DNA of 64,000 bases from Oscillospiraceae bacterium. Its GTDB lineage: Bacteria; Bacillota; Clostridia; Oscillospirales; CAG-272. The position numbers and the translations under genes were made by a program. The DNA lies in NCBI GenBank assembly GCA_015065295.1, contig SVQN01000005.1:2133-66132 (forward strand). Direction: 5' to 3'. Every line of letters begins with the position of its first letter. Position 1 is the first letter of the stretch. Positions 56,423 to 64,000 of the stretch are shown here, one piece after another. Under the pieces are notes generated by a model. The model saw nothing but the letters and a program-made list of their open reading frames with translations. It was not told the DNA's origin and searched no databases.

Positions 56423-57427
56423 TCACCTCGTCCGGTAATTCACATACGCGCTTGCGTCGCCGGTCGTTTCGATGATGCGGCCGATGCCGACGGCGACACA
56501 GTCGATGGGGTTCTTGGCGATGACGGTGCGGATGCCCGTTACGCGGGAGATCAGAAGGTCGAGACCCGCGAGGAGCGCGCCTCCACCGGAGAGCATGATG
56601 CCCGTGTCGTAGATGTCGGATGCCAGTTCCGGGGGCGTGTTTTCGAGCGCGTTGCGGATGCTTTCCACAATATGCAGAACCTCGTCCTGCATCGCTTCGC
56701 GGATTTCCGCCGACGTGATCGTCACAATTGCCGGAAGCCCGTTCAGCAGGTTGCGCCCGCGAATCTCCATCGCGCCGCGGTCTGTCATCTTGTGGACGCT
56801 GCCGATGCGCTTTTTCAGAAGTTCCGCTGTCGTTTCGCCGATCAGAATGTTGTATTTGCGCTTGATGTAGGAGACGATCGCTTCGTCCAGTTCGTCCCCC
56901 GCAATGCGGAGCGAGCTCGGCTGAACAATCCCGCCGAGCGACATAACCGCCACTTCCGTTGTGCCGCCGCCGATGTCAACAATCATCGAGCCGCGCGCGT
57001 CTTCCACGCGGAGTCCGCTGCCGATCGCCGCCGCGATGGGTTCTTCCACCAGAGCGACCGACTGCGCGCCCGCTTCTAACGTTACGTCTTCCACCGCACG
57101 GCGTTCGACTTCCGTTACGCCGTAGGGGATGCAGATGATTACTTTCGGGCGGCTCAGAAGCGTGTTGCCCGATACTTTCTTGAAATAATGACGAAGCATG
57201 GACGCCGTGATGTCGAATTCCGCAATGACGCCGTTTTTCAGCGGGCGCATCGCAACAATCGAACCGGGCGTCTTGCCGAGCATGAGCTTCGCTTCGCTGC
57301 CGACCGCGACGACTTTCTGCGTCTTCGCTTCCACCGCGACGACGGACGGTTCCCGCAGGACAATGCCGCGTCCTTTGACGTATACGAGTGTGTTCGCAGT
57401 ACCAAGGTCGATGCCGATACTTTTCAT
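56423..57427 (-). CDS. mreB: rod shape-determining protein MreB
   Basis: IGIDLGTANTLVY, DIGGGTTEVAV and SGGGALL actin-fold motifs. Confidence 0.97.
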   Translation of the reverse strand: MKSIGIDLGTANTLVYVKGRGIVLREPSVVAVEAKTQKVVAVGSEAKLMLGKTPGSIVAMRPLKNGVIAEFDITASMLRHYFKKVSGNTLLSRPKVIICIPYGVTEVERRAVEDVTLEAGAQSVALVEEPIAAAIGSGLRVEDARGSMIVDIGGGTTEVAVMSLGGIVQPSSLRIAGDELDEAIVSYIKRKYNILIGETTAELLKKRIGSVHKMTDRGAMEIRGRNLLNGLPAIVTITSAEIREAMQDEVLHIVESIRNALENTPPELASDIYDTGIMLSGGGALLAGLDLLISRVTGIRTVIAKNPIDCVAVGIGRIIETTGDASAYVNYRTR

Positions 57428-57476
57428 ATATAAAATCTCCAGTAATGGTTTTTGTTAGGAGGTAATTTCGTGGGAA

Positions 57477-58163
57477 TCAAAGAGTATTTTGTTCCTTATA
57501 ATAATGCGGTTTTCCGTCCGCGGGGGAACGCAGATTCCGCAGTGCGGTGTACACGCGGCAGACGGGAAGTCCGACGACGTTGTAGTAGTCGCCGACGAGC
57601 TTTTCGACAAATACGCACGCACCGTCCTGGATGCCGTAAGCACCGGCTTTGTCCATCGGACGATGTACGCGGATGTAGTTCCGGATCTCGTCGTCGCTCA
57701 GTTCGCGGAAATGGACTTCCGTCGATTCCGCAAAACAGGAGGTGGCACGGGTCGAAAGGTCATACAGCATAACGCCGGTGATGACGCGGTGCGGACGGCC
57801 GGACAGAGTACGCAGCATATCAAATGCGCCCTGTTCACTGCCCGGTTTGCCGAAAAGCGTCTGCGTTTCATCGGAATACACGATTGTGTCGGCGGACAGA
57901 ATGACCGACGAATGAAGTTCGGCTTCGGTCAGACCGATGTTCGATAAATTTACATTTTCGGGATTTGCAAGAGCGTCCCGGACGGCAATCCCTTTGAGCC
58001 GCGCGGTGCTGTGGACGTAGGCTTCGGGCTGACCGGGAATGTATTCGACGGAACCTTCGTCTGCGCCCGAAACAAAAACGGTGTGTGCAATCCCCGCAAG
58101 TGTCAGCAGCTCGTGCCGGCGCGGGGACTGCGATGCCAGAATGACGTTGGGAAGATCGTTCAT
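57477..58163 (-). CDS. maf: Maf-family nucleoside triphosphate pyrophosphatase
   Basis: Start moved to MNDLPNVILASQSPRRHELL. Also KAGAYGIQD. Confidence 0.92.
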   Translation of the reverse strand: MNDLPNVILASQSPRRHELLTLAGIAHTVFVSGADEGSVEYIPGQPEAYVHSTARLKGIAVRDALANPENVNLSNIGLTEAELHSSVILSADTIVYSDETQTLFGKPGSEQGAFDMLRTLSGRPHRVITGVMLYDLSTRATSCFAESTEVHFRELSDDEIRNYIRVHRPMDKAGAYGIQDGACVFVEKLVGDYYNVVGLPVCRVYTALRNLRSPADGKPHYYKEQNTL

Positions 58164-58216
58164 GAAAAGAAAACTCCGTTGGATGTCGTTAAAAGGATAA
58201 AACAGGGGAGAAACTC

Positions 58217-58474
58217 TTACTTTTCGGCGAGATAACGGCCGAGAAGGAGCGAAAGTGCGACGCAGAGCGCGGATGAAATCGTGAGCTTGACCGTAACGCC
58301 GAGGGTCAGGGAGACCGCGTTGAGGTCGAGGACAATCGGGGTTTTTGTGCCGAAATCCAGACCGTAGGAGAGCCACGACAGAACGGGAATGCCGGCGGTG
58401 ATTTCCGCAAGCATGGAGCCGACCACGATGCCGACGCAGATCAGAAACAGATGAAACCAGAAGGACTTGAGCAT
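58217..58474 (-). CDS. DUF4321-like small membrane protein
   Basis: 85 aa. IVVGSMLAEI...LSYG..FG.....LDL.....T.G pattern and position upstream of maf. Confidence 0.7.
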   Translation of the reverse strand: MLKSFWFHLFLICVGIVVGSMLAEITAGIPVLSWLSYGLDFGTKTPIVLDLNAVSLTLGVTVKLTISSALCVALSLLLGRYLAEK

Positions 58475-58524
58475 GAGCGGAACCTCCGGTAAGGGTAAAA
58501 AATTAACATAATATATACGCGTTA

Positions 58525-58977
58525 TTACAGCGCACCGGTGCTGCCGAATCCGCCGGAACCGCGTTCGGTGTCGTCCAGATTGTCCGATTCGGTGAACGCG
58601 GCACGGAAAATCGGCGTGACAACCATCTGGGCGATCCGTTCGCCGTGCGTGACGGTGTACGGCTTGTCGGAGTGGTTAATCAGTCCGACCTTGATCTCGC
58701 CGCGGTAATCCGCGTCAATCACGCCGACGCTGTTCACGAGGGCGATGCCGTGCTTGACGGCAAGTCCGCTGCGGGCGTAAAGAAGCAGGACGACGGGCGA
58801 TTTTGACTCCGGTGCGACGGCAATGCCGGTGGGGATCAGCGCGGACTGTCCCGGCAGAAGCGTCACCGGTTCGTCGAGACAGGCGGAGAGATCGCACGCG
58901 GCGGCATCTGCCGTCTGATAGGCGGGAATCTTTGCACCTTCCCGCAGGAGCTTGATTTTGACAGGAATATTGTACAT
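58525..58977 (-). CDS. dut: dUTP diphosphatase
   Basis: ARSGLAVKHGI, GVIDADYRGEI and RGSGGFGSTG motifs. Confidence 0.95.
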   Translation of the reverse strand: MYNIPVKIKLLREGAKIPAYQTADAAACDLSACLDEPVTLLPGQSALIPTGIAVAPESKSPVVLLLYARSGLAVKHGIALVNSVGVIDADYRGEIKVGLINHSDKPYTVTHGERIAQMVVTPIFRAAFTESDNLDDTERGSGGFGSTGAL

Positions 58978-58993
58978 AATTTATGAATAAAAC

Positions 58994-61273
58994 TCACAGA
59001 CGTCTGCTGCGTGAGTGCGGACGTTTTTCGATGTATGCGCGCACTACATCGGCAGCTTCTTTGGACGATTCGACGGTGAAGAGAAAATGGACGTGGGGAA
59101 TGTGCTTCCACTGTTCACTGCGGTCTGCCATCCAGGTGGGGACAGAGTTGTAAACGACGTTGACGCAGTCGAAATCCGGAACCCCGATGACGGGGAATTC
59201 CTCGCCTTTCCGGTCGCGCAGGAGAGCGGTACAGCAGGTTCCGCGCGGGATTTTGGTGATATTGCTATTCGGTGACAATGTATAATTATCCGGAATCACG
59301 GCGCGTCCGCCGCGGTTTCCGTGAGGACATTTTCCGCCGCAGATTACACAGCGCGCCAGCGTCATCAGCGGAAGCCGGCCGTAAATCATCGTACCGCCGC
59401 CGATGTCTTCCACGGCGGCCGCCGGGAGTTCGGGGGACAAAAGAATCCGTTCACAGCCGCGCGTGCGGTATTCCGCGAACGCCGAGGTGTTGGTGATATT
59501 CGCGCGGAACGACAGATCGGCGGAAAGTTTGCACTTTTCCACAAGATGTATCTGACCGACCGAGTGGCAGAGAACCCGCGCGCATCCCGCCTGTTTCAGG
59601 GAATCGAGCAGATGCCGGAGTACCTCGTCGGACGGCGAGTAAACCGGCAGAACGGCGGCAGGTTCGGGACCACCGGATGATCTGCATACATCCGCAGCCT
59701 TGCCGTAAAGGTGAGCCGGGACGTAGATTGTATCAAAATATCCGAAGAATTCCCGCAGAACGGACGGATCGGATAACGTACGAATATCCGAGATTTCCGC
59801 GGTGCGGAGCTGTTTTTTTGAAGGACATTCGATGGATTCCGGTATGTAATGCAATAATTCCGGTGAATTTTCGCGCGGTTTTGCTTCTGCTGCGGTATCT
59901 GCCGGAGCGACAGCCGGACGTACCGCTTCCAGTGCGGCAAGCGCGCTTCGGCGGAGTGCGTTCAGTGCCGATACGGGATACCACAGATTGGCTCCGATGT
60001 CAAAGTCGATGTCCGCGGCGGACAGAGAGAATTCCGTGCCCCCGAATTTGGTGAGATTTTTTGCTGCGGATCCGGGGGTAATCGGATTTCCGGACGCGGT
60101 CTGCGGAGGTTCCCCCGTGACGGTCGCCGTGCAGTCCGGCGTATCTTTCAGCGACAGCGTGAACCGCGCGGGTTCGCCGGCGGTCAGACGGAATTCCCCG
60201 GTCAGAGGAACCGTCGTTTCCGGAACGGCGTGTGCGCGGATGCGTTCGTCGAGAGCCTTCGTGATTTCTGCCGACCGATCCGCAGGAGCTTTGTCCACGT
60301 CGCCCGACACCTGAATGCTGGACATTTTTGAATAATTATTCGTAAAATATCCGTCTGTGAAGCCGCGCGAGAATAATTTGGCAAGCTCTTTGACTTCCGC
60401 TTCCGTCGCCCGTCTGCGTTCATCCAAAAGAGTGCGATAGATTTTTGTCGTACCGTACACATACGCGGCGGATTTGAGCCGTCCTTCGATTTTGAGAGAA
60501 CGTACTCCGGTGCCGATGACCTCCGGAATCCGTCCGGCAAGGCACATATCGGCGAGAGAAAGTACGCCGTTTTGTGCAGAATCCCGGTTTCCCGGACGTT
60601 TTTTTGTGGAATCCGCGCCATTGTCAGTTGATACAGCGGCAAACGGCAGACGGCATGGCTGGGCGCATTCGCCGCGATTTCCGCTCCGGCCGCCCATCGT
60701 GTAGCTCATCAGGCACTGTCCGGAGCAGGAGACGCAGTGTGCGCCGTGGATGAACATCTCGATTTCGAGCGGGGACTGTTCGCAGAGCCGCCGGATCTCG
60801 GTACGGGACAGTTCGCGGGGGATGACCAGCCGCGTGAAGCCCATTTCGGCGAGCATCCGGCAGTCGGCAGGACTGGCAAACGAGGTCTGCGTACTTGCGT
60901 GGAGCGCGATTTCGGGATACCGGCGATGAATTTCCCGCGCAATTCCGAAATCGGCGACGATCAGGGCATCGGGAGACGCATCCGGATCGCCGACGTTCAG
61001 CAGCGTGTCCGCAAGACGGAGAATCTCGTCCATTTCGCGGTCGCGCACGCGGGTGTTGACGGTGATATGAGCCGCCGCGCCGACGCTGTGGCAGAGACGG
61101 ATCGCGTCGGTCAGCTCGCTGTCCCCGAAATTTTTCGCGCGCATCCGGTTGGAAAACGACGTTCCGCCGAAATACACCGCGTCCGCACCGGCGGCAAGAG
61201 CCGCACGGAGACTGTCAACGGAGCCTGCGGGAGCCAGAAGTTCCGGCAGATCCGGTTTGCGGGTTTCCATCAT
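58994..61273 (-). CDS. U32-family peptidase (long form)
   Basis: ELLAPAGSVDSLRAALAAGADAVYFG, LVIPRELS and HGAHCVSCSGQC motifs. Confidence 0.9.
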   Translation of the reverse strand: MMETRKPDLPELLAPAGSVDSLRAALAAGADAVYFGGTSFSNRMRAKNFGDSELTDAIRLCHSVGAAAHITVNTRVRDREMDEILRLADTLLNVGDPDASPDALIVADFGIAREIHRRYPEIALHASTQTSFASPADCRMLAEMGFTRLVIPRELSRTEIRRLCEQSPLEIEMFIHGAHCVSCSGQCLMSYTMGGRSGNRGECAQPCRLPFAAVSTDNGADSTKKRPGNRDSAQNGVLSLADMCLAGRIPEVIGTGVRSLKIEGRLKSAAYVYGTTKIYRTLLDERRRATEAEVKELAKLFSRGFTDGYFTNNYSKMSSIQVSGDVDKAPADRSAEITKALDERIRAHAVPETTVPLTGEFRLTAGEPARFTLSLKDTPDCTATVTGEPPQTASGNPITPGSAAKNLTKFGGTEFSLSAADIDFDIGANLWYPVSALNALRRSALAALEAVRPAVAPADTAAEAKPRENSPELLHYIPESIECPSKKQLRTAEISDIRTLSDPSVLREFFGYFDTIYVPAHLYGKAADVCRSSGGPEPAAVLPVYSPSDEVLRHLLDSLKQAGCARVLCHSVGQIHLVEKCKLSADLSFRANITNTSAFAEYRTRGCERILLSPELPAAAVEDIGGGTMIYGRLPLMTLARCVICGGKCPHGNRGGRAVIPDNYTLSPNSNITKIPRGTCCTALLRDRKGEEFPVIGVPDFDCVNVVYNSVPTWMADRSEQWKHIPHVHFLFTVESSKEAADVVRAYIEKRPHSRSRRL

Positions 61274-61821
61274 TTTTCGGAATCGTTGCCGCGGAGGAGC
61301 GATTCGATGTATTTGAGCTTTTCGTCACGGGACTGCCCTTCTTCGCGGGAGTCTTCGGACTTCTTGCTTTCGAGGTAGCGTTCGAGGGTGCGGACCTTGT
61401 CTTCGGGGGTCGAACCGGTCTTGCTGCCGCGGAGGATGTCGCTGATTTTCTTCATGTCGTTGGCAACTTCGGCGGGCATTTCTTCTTCGGCAGTTTCCTC
61501 GGAACCTTCCAGCTCTTTCAGTCTGGCGTTGGCGGCGTCGAGCTGTTCGCGCAGGCTCTGGATGTTGTTTTCGTAAACGGAGAACTGACCTTCGAGAATC
61601 TTGATGCGCTTGTCGGCTTTCATTTTGTCGCCGAGATAGTCAATCGCGCAGAGAAGGCAGGCGTCGAGGGTGGAAATGCGGTAATTGCTCTGCGTCATTT
61701 CGGTGATCCGTTCGTCGAGACGGGTGACGATGCTTTCCACGAACGAAGCGGGTTCGTCGGTTACGATGGAGAGCGGCATTCCGGCAATTTCCAGATTATA
61801 TTTTTTCTTATGTGTTTCCAT
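61270..61821 (-). CDS. zapA: cell division protein ZapA (with C-terminal coiled-coil/acidic extension)
   Basis: Start set at the ATG (METHKKKYNLEIAGMPLSIVTDEP); the track start is a GTG 4 codons upstream. LDACLLCAIDYLGD motif. ATGA overlap with the U32 gene. Confidence 0.85.
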   Translation of the reverse strand: METHKKKYNLEIAGMPLSIVTDEPASFVESIVTRLDERITEMTQSNYRISTLDACLLCAIDYLGDKMKADKRIKILEGQFSVYENNIQSLREQLDAANARLKELEGSEETAEEEMPAEVANDMKKISDILRGSKTGSTPEDKVRTLERYLESKKSEDSREEGQSRDEKLKYIESLLRGNDSEK

Positions 61822-62046
61822 GGGAGACCTCACTCAATGAAGGAAGGATGATGTATCGTAGAATACTGAATTTACAGAAATTGGCACAAATCAAAAAAAG
61901 CCAATAATACATATACATTATAATATATTTGCGGCCGTATTTAAAGGGGAAAATGTGAATTTCACGGATTTGTTCAAAAAAAGACGGCGGTCTGTGAGAA
62001 ATCCCGGAAAACAGACAGCTATCCGGCAAATATTCACGGAAAATCG

Positions 62047-62075
62047 TTGCATTTTCTGTAAAAATCTGATATAAT
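62047..62075 (+). promoter_or_regulatory. promoter of the SGNH hydrolase gene
   Basis: TTGCAT-tttctgtaaaaatcTGa-TATAAT, 17-nt spacer. Confidence 0.5.
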
Positions 62076-62134
62076 ATAAAAAACAGCGCAGGAACGTTCA
62101 CATAAATTTTACATTTTGTCAAGGAGAACGTACA

Positions 62135-62929
62135 ATGGATATCACGAAATATTATCTCGGCGAAAACGAAAAGCCGCTCGACGTTATCAAGCCGGACGGA
62201 GGATTTTTCGGTATTTTCCGCACCGTTGCGGTGGTCGGCGACAGTCTGTCTTCGGGCGAATTCGAGTCCACGGACGAACAGGGCAACAAGGGCTATCACG
62301 ACTATTACGAATATTCGTGGGGACAGTACATGGCGCGTGCGGCAGGCAATACCGTCTACAATTTCTCGCGCGGCGGCATGAGCGCAAAGTGGTATCTCGA
62401 TTCGTTCGGGAACGATATCTGCGCGTGGGATAAGTCGAAGGCGTGTCAGGCGTATATCTTCGCGCTGGGCGTGAACGACCTCATGGGTCAGAACCGCGAA
62501 GTCGGCTCGGCGGACGACGTTGACCTCGAAAATTATGAGAACAACAAGGCAACCTTCGCCGGTGACTATGCAAAGATCATCCAGAAATACAAGCAGATTT
62601 CTCCGGACGCGTACTTCTTCCTGATGACCATGCCCTATACCGAAAACAAGGACGAACGCGTTGCCAAACACGCTGCCCTGCTCCATGACCTCGCAAAGAT
62701 TTTCACCCGTACCTACGTCCTCGACCTGTCGGCGTACGGCCCCTGCTATGACGCGGAATTCCGCCGCAACTTCTATCTCGGCGGGCATCTCAACGCCGCA
62801 GGTTACCTTCTGACCGCGCAGATGACGATGAGCTATATCGACTACCTCGTCCGCAAGGATCCCGAAGATTTCGCTCAGGTCGGCTTTATCAATAAAGGTT
62901 TCCACAACCGTCAGGCAAGATGGCTGTGA
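62135..62929 (+). CDS. SGNH/GDSL-family hydrolase
   Basis: Block I VAVVGDSLSSG, block III GVND. AAGGAGA RBS. Confidence 0.85.
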   Translation: MDITKYYLGENEKPLDVIKPDGGFFGIFRTVAVVGDSLSSGEFESTDEQGNKGYHDYYEYSWGQYMARAAGNTVYNFSRGGMSAKWYLDSFGNDICAWDKSKACQAYIFALGVNDLMGQNREVGSADDVDLENYENNKATFAGDYAKIIQKYKQISPDAYFFLMTMPYTENKDERVAKHAALLHDLAKIFTRTYVLDLSAYGPCYDAEFRRNFYLGGHLNAAGYLLTAQMTMSYIDYLVRKDPEDFAQVGFINKGFHNRQARWL

Positions 62930-62983
62930 CCGATTCTGTCCCAACAAATTTCCGATAAATTATTTACGAAAGGACACATCCCT

Positions 62984-64000
62984 ATGAAACTCCGCAGACT
63001 GACCGCACTGCTGCTGGTGTTCCTCATGGCTGCCAGTGCCTGCTCCGAAACCGCGACCGCCGGTTCGGATGAAGCGAACGCGACTGCTTCCGATCCGACC
63101 GCTGCCGAAGAAACCGTTGCGGAAGAACCCACTCCTGAAGAGGAAGTGGACGCCCGCAAAGCAATCCCGGACGAACTCCCCGAAAAGGATATGAACGGCT
63201 ATACGTTCCGTATCCTGACCCGTGACCGCAGCGACTTCGTCGAAGACGTCGGTCTTGAACTCGAACAGACCGGTGAAGTCATCGACGACGCGATCATCGC
63301 CCGGAACCTCGCCGTTTCCGAACGCTTCAACATCGAATTTACGGCAAGCTACTTTGTCAACGGCCAGTCCATGCCGCTGAATTCCGTTATGGCGGGCGAC
63401 GATGAATTCGACCTTATGCTCGGTCAGATCATCGACGTTACCAAGAACGCGACCAAGGGCTATTACCTCGACTGGTACGAACAGCTTCCCCATGTCAATC
63501 TCGAAAAGCCGTGGTACATCGGGAACGCAGCGGAAGCTCTGTCCGTCAATAACCATGCCTATATCATGATCGGCGAATACGACCTCGACGTTCTCCGCTT
63601 TACCTACGGTATGTTCTATAACAAGACCCTGTCGGACGAATATTCGCTTGACAACATCTACAATGTCGTCAAGGAAGGCCGCTGGACGTACGACTACCTG
63701 TATAACCTCTCCAATACCGTTTACATGGATCTGAACGGCGACGGTCTGAAGGACGAAGGTGACCGTCTGGCGATTTCCGGCGACCCGTACAGCGCAGTCG
63801 TCACCTACCAGTATTCGTTCAATAACCCGCTGGTTTCCCTGGATGCGGATGGACTTCCGGCGATCACATTCAACCGCGAAAAGGCATACGATATCGTTAC
63901 GCGCCTGAACGCACTGTATCATGAATCCATGGGCGGCTTCACCTCCGGCTGGGGTACCGGCGGATCGACATGGATGGCAGGCAATCTGCTCGTTTACACA
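62984..64000 (+). CDS. ABC-transporter solute-binding lipoprotein, paralogue C (C-terminus beyond right edge)
   Basis: MKLRRLTALLLVFLMAASACSE lipobox. Collinear with paralogues A and B (..ELPE.D..G.T..I..R...). Open to the window end; not in the ORF track. Confidence 0.8.
   Translation, partial: MKLRRLTALLLVFLMAASACSETATAGSDEANATASDPTAAEETVAEEPTPEEEVDARKAIPDELPEKDMNGYTFRILTRDRSDFVEDVGLELEQTGEVIDDAIIARNLAVSERFNIEFTASYFVNGQSMPLNSVMAGDDEFDLMLGQIIDVTKNATKGYYLDWYEQLPHVNLEKPWYIGNAAEALSVNNHAYIMIGEYDLDVLRFTYGMFYNKTLSDEYSLDNIYNVVKEGRWTYDYLYNLSNTVYMDLNGDGLKDEGDRLAISGDPYSAVVTYQYSFNNPLVSLDADGLPAITFNREKAYDIVTRLNALYHESMGGFTSGWGTGGSTWMAGNLLVYT

Overview
This window is the replication-origin region of a GC-rich Firmicutes chromosome, probably Clostridia of the Oscillospiraceae/Ruminococcaceae type. 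That placement rests on gene order, a dockerin-bearing secreted protein, and sigma-A promoters of the form TTGACA-N17/18-TGnTATAAT.

The core gene order is gyrA-pfkB-gyrB-remB-dnaN-[oriC+parS]-dnaA on the minus strand, followed by rpmH-rnpA-yidD-yidC-jag-(insert)-mnmE on the plus strand. Further right, on the minus strand, lie parB-soj-[parS]-noc-rsmG and dusB-mreDCB-maf-dut-zapA. Accessory genes sit between these blocks:
- a YafQ/DinJ type II toxin-antitoxin pair
- PnuC
- three paralogous solute-binding lipoproteins
- an OmpR/HK two-component pair
- a MORN-repeat protein
- putative glycoside hydrolases
- one tRNA-Ser(GGA)

I saw no rRNA, CRISPR array, cas gene, transposase, integrase or phage gene.

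The unusual content is non-coding. Almost every intergenic gap holds structured palindromic repeats belonging to several families:
- L: about 485-535 bp, multi-hairpin, 5 copies
- U: about 60 bp hairpin, 15 copies
- H: doublets with a GTAG head followed by a palindrome, resembling REPINs
- S, M, P and H4: further hairpin elements

Several families show compensatory stem changes between copies. A second notable locus (22.0-24.5 kb) has convergent near-consensus promoters around a 28-aa hydrophobic ORF, which looks like a type I toxin/antisense RNA module. A toxin-less second copy of this module lies downstream, and the two copies bracket an uncharacterised ABC-class ATPase.

All long ORFs antisense to recognisable genes are treated as shadow ORFs. 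Coordinates of repeats and promoters were read by eye and may be off by a few bases.
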